In this document: positions 26,086-33,064 of the stretch, one piece after another
Layout of the letters: each line of letters opens with the position of its first letter
Numbering within the stretch: the stretch's first letter is position 1
NCBI GenBank assembly: GCA_021817785.1
Contig: JAKAFY010000001.1
Span: 26,446-90,445, forward strand
DNA: 64,000 bases
Source of the DNA: a bacterium
GTDB taxonomy: Bacteria; Patescibacteriota; Microgenomatia; UBA10105; UBA927
Reading direction: 5' to 3'
The notes under the pieces: generated by a model
Seen by the model: only the letters and a program-made list of their open reading frames with translations
Database searches by the model: none
Told to the model about the DNA's origin: nothing
Position numbers and translations under genes: made by a program

Positions 26086-26528
26086 ATCTCTATCGTATGA
26101 CTCCCATCGGGCAGCGCCGCAAATCGTATATCCACCCGTGTATCCGGCAACAGCATGCCTAACCGCTCCGGCCATTCGATCACGACATATGCGGCGGGAT
26201 CCGTACGCATTTCGTCAAACCCCAACGCTTCGATGTCTGATGTGCCCTGCACGCGGTACAAATCCATGTGATAGAGCATGCGCGTCGTTTTCGGAATACT
26301 ATAACGTCGCACAATAATAAAGGTAGGCGAGGGCAGGCGACTGGTTATGCCAAGTCCCCTGGCCAGGCCCTGGGTAAACGTCGTTTTTCCGCTGCCTAGT
26401 TCTCCCCACAGGCACAGGACCCGGGGCGCCTCTCCCCTCTTGTCTGCTAAAAGGGTATGTCCAAGCGTCTCGCCCAGCTTCTGAGTAGCTTCGGCGCTTT
26501 TTGTAATTGTGTGCAAAGGTAATACCAT
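26070..26528 (-). CDS. tsaE: tRNA threonylcarbamoyladenosine biosynthesis ATPase TsaE
   Basis: TITKSAEATQKLGETLGHTLLADKRGEAPRVLCLWGELGSGKTTFTQGLARGLG. Walker A in the YjeE/TsaE context. Confidence 0.85.
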   Translation of the reverse strand: MVLPLHTITKSAEATQKLGETLGHTLLADKRGEAPRVLCLWGELGSGKTTFTQGLARGLGITSRLPSPTFIIVRRYSIPKTTRMLYHMDLYRVQGTSDIEALGFDEMRTDPAAYVVIEWPERLGMLLPDTRVDIRFAALPDGSHTIEMELTK

Positions 26529-26860
26529 ATAAGTGCGGCTCCCGTGGCGTCAATTATAACATCGCGGACGGTCGGTTCGCGGCTTGGCGTAAATATCTGG
26601 TGTATTTCGTCGCTAGCCCCATAGCCAAATGCGATAAGAAACGCGATGATCCCCCACCACCGTTTGCGCTTGGGATATGTGGCGGCCATAGCGCGGTACG
26701 ACAGCGTAAACAGCGTCATATATTCTATAAGGTGCAGCATTTTGAAAAATGCGAAGTTGAGCCAGTATTCCGGGGCTACCCGTACGCTGTGTTGGCTCGA
26801 CAGCACGAAAATCGTCGTCATCCACAACAGAACCGGCAACCAGTATCCAAAAAATAGCAT
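26447..26860 (-). CDS. VanZ-like family membrane protein
   Basis: Likely start MLFFGYWLPVLLWMTTIFVLSS. DEIHQIFTPSREPTVRDVIIDATGAAL is a VanZ signature. ORF 26447..27019 has a non-protein-like N-terminal extension. The 3' end overlaps tsaE by 82 nt. Confidence 0.6.
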   Translation of the reverse strand: MLFFGYWLPVLLWMTTIFVLSSQHSVRVAPEYWLNFAFFKMLHLIEYMTLFTLSYRAMAATYPKRKRWWGIIAFLIAFGYGASDEIHQIFTPSREPTVRDVIIDATGAALIWYYLCTQLQKAPKLLRSWARRLDIPF

Positions 26861-26931
26861 TCTTTTTGATCTTGCTCCTTCGCCGTGCCCCGCGAAGCCT
26901 TGGCGGAGTAGGGGTGTTTTCGTTGTTTTCG

Positions 26932-27756
26932 TCATTCTCGTTTTATAATTTTTTTCCATACGTCTGTTTTCTGCCACGCGGTCGCAAACGAAAGCAATGC
27001 GAGTCCGCTGCCGATACACAAAAACGAAAAGACAAACGGCGATTGGCTGACCCGCGCGCCGCTTATGGTCGCCTCGTCGCTTGTCTCCGGTATCGCATCC
27101 GAGGTTTCCACACTCTCCGATGCGATTGCACTTCCCAGTATATCAGGATTTATTTGTTCCGTGGGTGACGGCGCGCCCGTCGATGACGGTGTCGCCGTGG
27201 GAGTGACGGATGGAGATGGTGTATGGGTAGCGGTGGGATTGGGCGTATTAGTAGGAGCAGTTGTAGTAGTCGGAACTGGCGTAGGCGTATGGGTAGGGCC
27301 GGTGATGGCAATAGTTACTTCCCCGCTCCACACCGAGGCGGAACTGCAGCTAGGCGTATACCGGCCTACCTTAAACAGATATTCTCCCGGGCCGTTGTAG
27401 TACGGGCTTGCCGTATCCGGCTTCACCTTCAATACCCCGCTCCAGGTCCCCTCTTTCGAAAGATCGGTTTGCAGGATTTTATAGTACTGGGTGCAGCTTC
27501 CTCCCGGCGCATTGGTCCACGTGCCGTCGTTACTCTGCGTATAGCCAAAGTAGCTTGATCCGCTGGGATAAAACGCCCCGCGCAGATAGGAGTCGGTGCT
27601 GCAGCTGGGGCAGGAAAACTGTACGGTGATTTCCGATTCCGCGTTTTCATCCAAAGTCGTAGGAACCGCGGAAAGCGAGAGCGTCTGCGTGCTCGCAGCA
27701 AGGACAAGCGGAACAAATAATTTCCCAATGACGCTGAACCATGGCAGATGGTTCAT
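26932..27756 (-). CDS. secreted surface protein with Pro/Thr-rich linker and C-terminal hydrophobic anchor
   Basis: Signal-peptide-like N-terminus (MNHLPWFSVIGKLFVPLVLAAS). Cys-containing beta domain. The linker ITGPTHTPTPVPTTTTAPTNTPNPTATHTPSPSVTPTATPSSTGAPSPT is low complexity. C-terminal FVFSFLCIGSGLALLSFATAW helix plus basic tail. Confidence 0.6.
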   Translation of the reverse strand: MNHLPWFSVIGKLFVPLVLAASTQTLSLSAVPTTLDENAESEITVQFSCPSCSTDSYLRGAFYPSGSSYFGYTQSNDGTWTNAPGGSCTQYYKILQTDLSKEGTWSGVLKVKPDTASPYYNGPGEYLFKVGRYTPSCSSASVWSGEVTIAITGPTHTPTPVPTTTTAPTNTPNPTATHTPSPSVTPTATPSSTGAPSPTEQINPDILGSAIASESVETSDAIPETSDEATISGARVSQSPFVFSFLCIGSGLALLSFATAWQKTDVWKKIIKRE

Positions 27757-27866
27757 TTGATATACCAGTGTACGGGATGTTTATGGAAAATTCTGTACGA
27801 TGGATTGCAGTACAGGTGTTGGGACGAAATCGGAACAACAATTAACGCTATCTTAAATTTTTGATT

Positions 27867-28508
27867 TTAGCCCTTAATTTGTTTCCTGAATTCATTCTTA
27901 ATATCAAGTATTAGCTTTTCATACTTATCTTTTACGGCTTTGTTTGTTTTAATAGTTGATTCTGCATCCTTTTTTGTGAATCCCAATTGCTGTGAGCTTT
28001 GAGGCGATGTGCTTCTGATATCAATAAGTTTCAGTTTTCCAAATCTAAATTGCTCAAATTGACTAAATAATTCCATTAATTTTTTGTAATGCGATTGTTC
28101 TATAAGTAGTGTATTCTCTTCAACAGCATTTTTCGTTAATCTTATCTGCTCAGAAAATGATGGGATTTTTTCAGGAGATGGGTTGTTCCAAAGCGCATCT
28201 GCCAGCTGTTTGGTTACCATTAAAATTTTCCAAAGATTATTATAGAGTTCAAATTGTTTTTCTGAGTATCTTAAAAAGAGTACTTTTGTTTTTTCCAATT
28301 CAGTTTTTGTTTTTTCTAGTTCGGTTTGATACTTATTTTTCAAATCTTCTAATCCTCGTTCATGTGAATTTTTATACTTTTCAAGTATCCCCTGAGAGAT
28401 AATTTCACCTAACCATTTTGCAATCGCAATAATTATTGCTCCAGCCCCAAAAGTGGAGATAAAAAATGCTGCCACGATATTAAATGCGCTTTGGAATGAT
28501 ACATTCAT
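27867..28508 (-). CDS. hypothetical protein, N-terminal TM plus coiled-coil (low-GC island gene A)
   Basis: ORF 27867..28541. Start at MNVSFQSAFNIVAAFFISTFGAGAIIIAIAKWLG (28508) avoids overlap with gene B. Lys/Glu-rich coiled-coil (ELEKTKTELEKTK). AT-rich codon usage unlike flanking genes. Confidence 0.5.
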   Translation of the reverse strand: MNVSFQSAFNIVAAFFISTFGAGAIIIAIAKWLGEIISQGILEKYKNSHERGLEDLKNKYQTELEKTKTELEKTKVLFLRYSEKQFELYNNLWKILMVTKQLADALWNNPSPEKIPSFSEQIRLTKNAVEENTLLIEQSHYKKLMELFSQFEQFRFGKLKLIDIRSTSPQSSQQLGFTKKDAESTIKTNKAVKDKYEKLILDIKNEFRKQIKG

Positions 28509-28510
28509 AA

Positions 28511-28867
28511 TTAATAATTTAGATTGTTTGCCCTTAACCAATCGTGTAGTTGATCGGGATCAACATTGTTAAACCCTAAATATCTGTTCTTAGTTAAATA
28601 TCCAATATGCTGCCCATTTAAATAAATTGCTGGGGGAGTACTTGTATAAGGGTTAAACGGACTTAATGAGGAATACTGACTTCCGTAGGTTCCATATTTG
28701 TTAAAAATTGATGTTGCGGAGTATTGATTCCCATAATATCCATAAGGGTTGGAAATTGATTCAGCATCAAAATTATTAAGCGAAAGTTTTCCAAGATATT
28801 GACCGTCATTAGCAAGTAAAAACGATTCATGGTTTTGAGCTTTTGCAAGGATTTGCTGAAATTCCAT
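28511..28867 (-). CDS. hypothetical protein with NPYG/Tyr-Gly-rich repeats (island gene B)
   Basis: 118 aa with SNPYGYYGNQYSATSIFNKYGTYGSQYSSLSPFNPYTSTPP repeat-like region. No family recognized. Confidence 0.45.
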   Translation of the reverse strand: MEFQQILAKAQNHESFLLANDGQYLGKLSLNNFDAESISNPYGYYGNQYSATSIFNKYGTYGSQYSSLSPFNPYTSTPPAIYLNGQHIGYLTKNRYLGFNNVDPDQLHDWLRANNLNY

Positions 28868-28885
28868 ATAATAATTTTTAAAACG

Positions 28886-29578
28886 CTAAGCCATCTCTTT
28901 ATCGTATTTTTGGGTTAATAATTCAGCTTCTATCCAGTGAGTTGTTAATTTTATCAATTCTTTTAGATTACTTATGTCTTTATCTGTCCAAGTTCGATAG
29001 TAATGAACCTCATCGTTTCCTAGCCACGCCGCTCTCTCAGTACATTTTTTAATATTTGTATCATCTATCAGAGCTAAGACAGGTGCGAGTGTCTTATATT
29101 TTTTAATTTCCTCTGCTCGTTCAGGGTATTTTACAGATAGGTAATCTTTAACTAAGTACTCCAGACTCTTCCTATAGCCTCCACCACAAACCTCATCTAA
29201 ACCCATTGATTCTGCTATATAAGCTTGATTATATATTCTTCGAAATTTAGGCGACGTCATGTTAATTTCATTAGGAAATTCAATTGGTTTAAAATACTCA
29301 GGGACTCCAACCTGGGCCAATGTAAAATAATCGCCATGACGTCCCACCTTGGAATAATATGCAATAAAATATCTCTTACATTCGTTGCGAGAACACTTAA
29401 AAACAACTTCAACTATTTCGTCATAGTCCCATAACGCACCCAAATTTTGAGAATTCTTAAATATTGGACTTGTTGGTTTTCCACACCTCCCGCAGATATC
29501 AGGAAAGTCGTTTATCGTAATTGAACCACGACTTCCTTCATTAATCTCTAACGATATCAAAGATGTATCTCTAGCCAT
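28886..29578 (-). CDS. zinc-ribbon plus DUF4145-like domain protein (island gene C)
   Basis: 230 aa. N-terminal Cys4 (CGRCGKPTSP...CSRNECKRY). C-terminal ERAAWLGNDEVHYYRTW resembles the DUF4145 R-x-GN-x-x-H core. The assignment is tentative. Confidence 0.5.
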   Translation of the reverse strand: MARDTSLISLEINEGSRGSITINDFPDICGRCGKPTSPIFKNSQNLGALWDYDEIVEVVFKCSRNECKRYFIAYYSKVGRHGDYFTLAQVGVPEYFKPIEFPNEINMTSPKFRRIYNQAYIAESMGLDEVCGGGYRKSLEYLVKDYLSVKYPERAEEIKKYKTLAPVLALIDDTNIKKCTERAAWLGNDEVHYYRTWTDKDISNLKELIKLTTHWIEAELLTQKYDKEMA

Positions 29579-29777
29579 ATAATTAGCAACATCGTACCAC
29601 TACTTAACCTAAAGTCAATTGTTTTTAAGTAATGGTTTCGCGCCGCCGCGTTAATGCGAGTCAAGGGAGCGTTCGCGCACTCGTTCAATCCTTCACATCC
29701 GTGAAAGACATCAACCCGCCACGCTGATTAGTTTTACACCTCGTCCCATAGGCTACCTCGTCCAAGTTTATTAGTTC

Positions 29778-29798
29778 GCACCCCCGGTGTGTGGGCAG
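29778..29798. repeat. GC-rich palindromic element copy 1 (variant CGCACCCCCGGTGTGTGGGCA)
   Basis: Read in the divergent C/D intergenic region. Shares the GCAC..CC..GG..GGTGTG..GGG core with copies 2-4 but has the central CCGGGGG inverted to CCCCCGG. Confidence 0.5.
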
Positions 29799-29869
29799 AT
29801 AACTCCCATAGAGGTCATATTGTTAGCAGATGAAAAGATGTAATTTAGAGCGTATAATTGCCCTTTACT

Positions 29870-30502
29870 ATGAATTACGAACGTATTTTGCCTCATACAA
29901 CCGAACGGGAGATTGTTCGTGAAGCTGCTTCCAAGAGTCCATTACATTTGGTTTTCGCGGGCGCATCAAGTACAGGAAAAACAACAATGATGGAGATATT
30001 GAGTACGCAGATTGGAGTACCAACCATACCGGAAACGGCACGCTCAATCATAAAAGAACAGGGTTGGAAACGTGAAGACTTAGACAATGCCGCCACACTG
30101 TATGATCTTCAGCAGCGGATTGTAACCAAACAGTACGAACAAGAAATTGTGCTCGCACACGTACCACATTGTTCTGATCGAAGTATCTTTGATCCCCTAG
30201 TGTACGCAGAAATGTATCTCGGGCTGGAAGCGATGGAAAAACTCAAACAGATGCCGGAATATTCCGGGATAGATACCATATATAAAAATGCGCTATTTAT
30301 CGTTATCGAACCAAACGAACGCACATTTCGTAATGATGGGGTTCGGATTTTACCGGATATTCAATTCGCACGGGAATTTAATAACCGCATTAAACGGATT
30401 TTAGAGGACTATAAATTGCCCTACATAGAAATACACTCGGCCTCTATACACGAGCGCGAGGAGGAAATCTATAGAAAGCTGGCACAAAAACTTCTTTTGT
30501 GA
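29870..30502 (+). CDS. P-loop NTPase (AAA_28/NadR-like ATPase or kinase) (island gene D)
   Basis: ORF 29858..30502 starts on TTG inside a TATAAT box; ATG at 29870 (MNYERIL) is more likely. Walker A LVFAGASSTGKTTMMEIL and a Walker B-like LFIVIEPNE. Confidence 0.6.
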   Translation: MNYERILPHTTEREIVREAASKSPLHLVFAGASSTGKTTMMEILSTQIGVPTIPETARSIIKEQGWKREDLDNAATLYDLQQRIVTKQYEQEIVLAHVPHCSDRSIFDPLVYAEMYLGLEAMEKLKQMPEYSGIDTIYKNALFIVIEPNERTFRNDGVRILPDIQFAREFNNRIKRILEDYKLPYIEIHSASIHEREEEIYRKLAQKLLL

Positions 30503-30510
30503 GCTTGTTT

Positions 30511-30532
30511 CGTACACCGGGGGTGTGGGTGA
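30511..30532. repeat. GC-rich palindromic element copy 2 (CGTACACCGGGGGTGTGGGTGA)
   Basis: Nine nt after the stop of island gene D. Stem CACACC / GGTGTG around GGG. Confidence 0.7.
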
Positions 30533-30547
30533 ATAGTTTCTTCATTT

Positions 30548-30964
30548 TTGACTTATAATAATTTCCGGTGTACTATTTGTCCGATGGCACGCGTATATCA
30601 CACCGGCGGAAAAGAAGATACTATAATCGGATTTACAGCTGTCGAGTTTAACGCTAATAATCACACCCTCCGAATAACAACTGACTCACCCAAATCCCTC
30701 GCCAACTGGATACGGAGAGACCTCCGTAGAGGTGATATATCTCTTTGGCTCGCATCCGAAGACAAAGCTGATTTAGCGTACACATCAGATATATTAAAAC
30801 GGCGGGTTATTACTCGTGATCGAGGTTCATTGGCATTTCGCCTACGGGAATCAGGGACGGCAAAAGTCACAATATACCCTTCACGAATGAGCCGGAAACA
30901 AATTAAACCCATTGAGTTACCTGTATTCGCAGAGTTATTTTTTAGACCGTCGCACGACGCCTGA
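30548..30964 (+). CDS. hypothetical protein (island gene E)
   Basis: 138 aa ORF with no recognizable motifs. Alternative start at MARVYHTGG (30584). Confidence 0.4.
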   Translation: MTYNNFRCTICPMARVYHTGGKEDTIIGFTAVEFNANNHTLRITTDSPKSLANWIRRDLRRGDISLWLASEDKADLAYTSDILKRRVITRDRGSLAFRLRESGTAKVTIYPSRMSRKQIKPIELPVFAELFFRPSHDA

Positions 30965-31016
30965 AGTTAGATACGTACAATCTTTATTACGCGTTCTCGA
31001 AAATGAACATCCACTA

Positions 31017-31424
31017 TTAGGCGGTGGTGCGTACCATTTTTTGGGGGAAATTTATCCCAAGAAAATAATCAGTAGGTTTATGTGACGCTAGGAGTGCTTT
31101 GATTTGATCCACAACCGGCAGTTTTAATGACTTAATATCAAATGGCGTTCTCATGTCTAAGTGGATGCTGGCAAACGACATCGGGTGAAGCAGATCCGCA
31201 GCATCAGCGGTTAATGTTTCTAACAGCGGGCGTTCTTGAGACTTGGCCATCAATGTAACGTTAACGTATTTATGTACTTGATACGGCTTTACTACTTTCC
31301 AGCCTTTTGAGTGCGCTACGCGATCTTCGGTGGTTCTAAACAGTAAATCTCCCTTCTGGTTCATTTCAAGAGAGGCTTCTTTAATCATGGAAGAAATTAT
31401 ACCTATTTTTGAAGAAAATGTCAA
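31017..31424 (-). CDS. hypothetical protein (island gene F)
   Basis: 135 aa ORF. Possible internal start MIKEASLEMNQ. No recognizable motifs. Confidence 0.4.
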   Translation of the reverse strand: MTFSSKIGIISSMIKEASLEMNQKGDLLFRTTEDRVAHSKGWKVVKPYQVHKYVNVTLMAKSQERPLLETLTADAADLLHPMSFASIHLDMRTPFDIKSLKLPVVDQIKALLASHKPTDYFLGINFPQKMVRTTA

Positions 31425-31442
31425 CTATAGGCTATATATTTT

Positions 31443-31497
31443 ACGCACACCGGGGGTGTGGGTGAGTAGGCATTACATCGACAGCCGGTCGACTTCG
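31443..31497. repeat. direct repeat copy 3: palindromic element ACGCACACCGGGGGTGTGGGTGA plus a duplicated gene 3' end (..ACATCGACAGCCGGTCGACTTCG)
   Basis: About 52-bp repeat nearly identical to 31813..31864. Its minus-strand reading gives ..HEVDRLSM-stop, a remnant of the C-terminal codons (..FEVDRLSI-stop) of the gene at 31840..33042. Confidence 0.75.
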
Positions 31498-31557
31498 TGA
31501 AAATTTCATTCTTACAAAAGCCCAGCGTGTGAGGTTGATCATTTCGAACAGGAACTA

Positions 31558-31770
31558 TTAATGACCTCCAAACGGCCAATGTAATCCCTTTTTTCTAGTT
31601 TTCTGTTCATTCTTCTTCCAATCTTCGCCCGTTTCACCAAATGGATGACATGGCATAGGACACACAACACTTCCACCAGGAATTTTATCCAGATTTGGTT
31701 TTTTGACCTTTAATTTAGTTCCGTCACCCCAATCTACTTCTTTTACTTTAGTTTCGTTTTTACCACCCAT
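31558..31770 (-). CDS. hypothetical small protein (island gene G)
   Basis: ORF 31558..31818. Likely start MGGKNETKVKEVDWG (31770). Lys-rich with a CPMPCHPFG motif. Flanked by the ~52-bp direct repeats. Confidence 0.35.
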   Translation of the reverse strand: MGGKNETKVKEVDWGDGTKLKVKKPNLDKIPGGSVVCPMPCHPFGETGEDWKKNEQKTRKKGLHWPFGGH

Positions 31771-31812
31771 AAGAAGAGAGATTATAACAGAATTAGTTAT
31801 TAAACAAAAATA

Positions 31813-31864
31813 ACGCACACCGGGGGCATGGGTGAAAAATTATATTGACAGCCGGTCGACTTCG
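31813..31864. repeat. direct repeat copy 4: palindromic element ACGCACACCGGGGGCATGGGTGA plus the authentic 3' end of the C39-like peptidase gene
   Basis: Overlaps the stop codon (31840) of the PcsB-like gene. Same ~52-bp unit as copy 3. Confidence 0.75.
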
Positions 31865-33042
31865 AAGACGCTTCCCAGGGAATAGCTATCCGTAAACACT
31901 TTGTCGTGTCCCCCGTCCTGATAGGGATCGTTCATGATGTACTGGCCGTTGGAGTAGGATTTTATGACGACAAAGTGCGTATCAAATGGTCCATAATTAA
32001 TTCCAACAATAACTGGACCATCTTTAACCAAATCAGGACTTAATTTATATCCGACACTAAATCTATTAATAGTTACTCCCTTTACGCTTATAAAGCCTTT
32101 AAGTAACATTGCTGTTCCAACGGAAAAATTACTTGGATCAGATACGGCGATATCTAGTGGCTTAATATCGGTGCGTCCTAAATGACTTGCTACCATGGCA
32201 ACAGATGTAACAAGACATCCGACACGAGCAATACTACATGACCCATTACAATCGTTTCTCCCGTTTATTAATACATTCCCCCACTGGCTGTCCCGCTGGT
32301 TGTAATAGCATCCCCAACTATCGCAGTGCGTTTGTCCCGACAGCAATCCGCCGCCCTGGCTGGTCGCAAAGCTTGCAAATCCTGCCAGCTGCGCCCGCGC
32401 GGCAGCCAGTAAGCTCTGGTATTTGCTCTCGTCATTTTGGGTTTGGGACAGAAGCGACTGTTTCTCGCTTTTTTGCTGGGCCAGCAAATTGGTGCGCTGC
32501 ACGAGCTGTTTATTGAGCGCTTCCTGCTCTATGCGCTTTTTCTCCCGCATGTCTTTCCGGTCGTTATAGTCGTTTTGGGTAAGCTGCAGCTGTTTATACA
32601 GCTGGGTGTCTTCTTCCTGCAGTTGCATCAGGTACTTTGCCCTGGTAATCATCTCGGTAAAGTCGGAACTAAACAGCAGCCACCCGAACTGCGACGCGGT
32701 CGACCGTTTGTACGACTGCGGTATGCGGTACAGCACCATCTGCAGCCGTTGGGTTTTCAGATCCTCCAGCTTGCCGATTTCGCCGTCCAGCTGGTTTATC
32801 TCTCCGTCCAGCGCCGTAATTTTCCGTTTGGTATCGTCTATCTGCAGACTCGTCAGCGTAATCTGGGAATTGAGAAGCGTGATTTGTTTGGACAGGGTGT
32901 CTTTCTGTGTCTGCAGTCCCGCAATGGTTTGCTCCAGTGTTGCGATCGTCGTCTGCAAATCCGTCTGGGAATCCGCAAAAACCCTCACGGACACAAGCGT
33001 GAGTATAAAGACGATGACGCCGATCTGAAGAATTTTTTTCAT
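31840..33042 (-). CDS. secreted coiled-coil protein with C-terminal C39-like (papain-fold) cysteine peptidase domain; PcsB/EnvC-like FtsEX-associated hydrolase candidate
   Basis: 400 aa with signal peptide (MKKILQIGVIVFILTLVSVRVFA), a long Q/L-rich coiled-coil (aa 25-230), and a C-terminal domain. That domain carries HCDSWGCYYNQ...CSIARVGCLVTSVAMVASHLG...GINYGPFDTHFVVIKSY...NDPY, matching the Peptidase_C39_2 Cys/His arrangement. Sits immediately downstream of ftsX. Confidence 0.7.
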   Translation of the reverse strand: MKKILQIGVIVFILTLVSVRVFADSQTDLQTTIATLEQTIAGLQTQKDTLSKQITLLNSQITLTSLQIDDTKRKITALDGEINQLDGEIGKLEDLKTQRLQMVLYRIPQSYKRSTASQFGWLLFSSDFTEMITRAKYLMQLQEEDTQLYKQLQLTQNDYNDRKDMREKKRIEQEALNKQLVQRTNLLAQQKSEKQSLLSQTQNDESKYQSLLAAARAQLAGFASFATSQGGGLLSGQTHCDSWGCYYNQRDSQWGNVLINGRNDCNGSCSIARVGCLVTSVAMVASHLGRTDIKPLDIAVSDPSNFSVGTAMLLKGFISVKGVTINRFSVGYKLSPDLVKDGPVIVGINYGPFDTHFVVIKSYSNGQYIMNDPYQDGGHDKVFTDSYSLGSVFEVDRLSI

Positions 33043-33064
33043 ACGGGCGCGTACGTAGATATGG

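Noticed and set aside
25395-26317. Plus-strand ORFs 25395..26081 and 25913..26317 with repetitive LLCYFVTSLLRYFVT peptides
   Set aside because: They simply translate the 16-bp tandem repeat and antisense tsaC/tsaE. The period is not a multiple of 3, so the peptide periodicity is an artefact.
27810-27832. Possible fifth, degenerate copy of the palindromic element (ACAGGTGTTGGGACG) at the left island border
   Set aside because: Only a partial GGTGT.GGG match; too weak to call.
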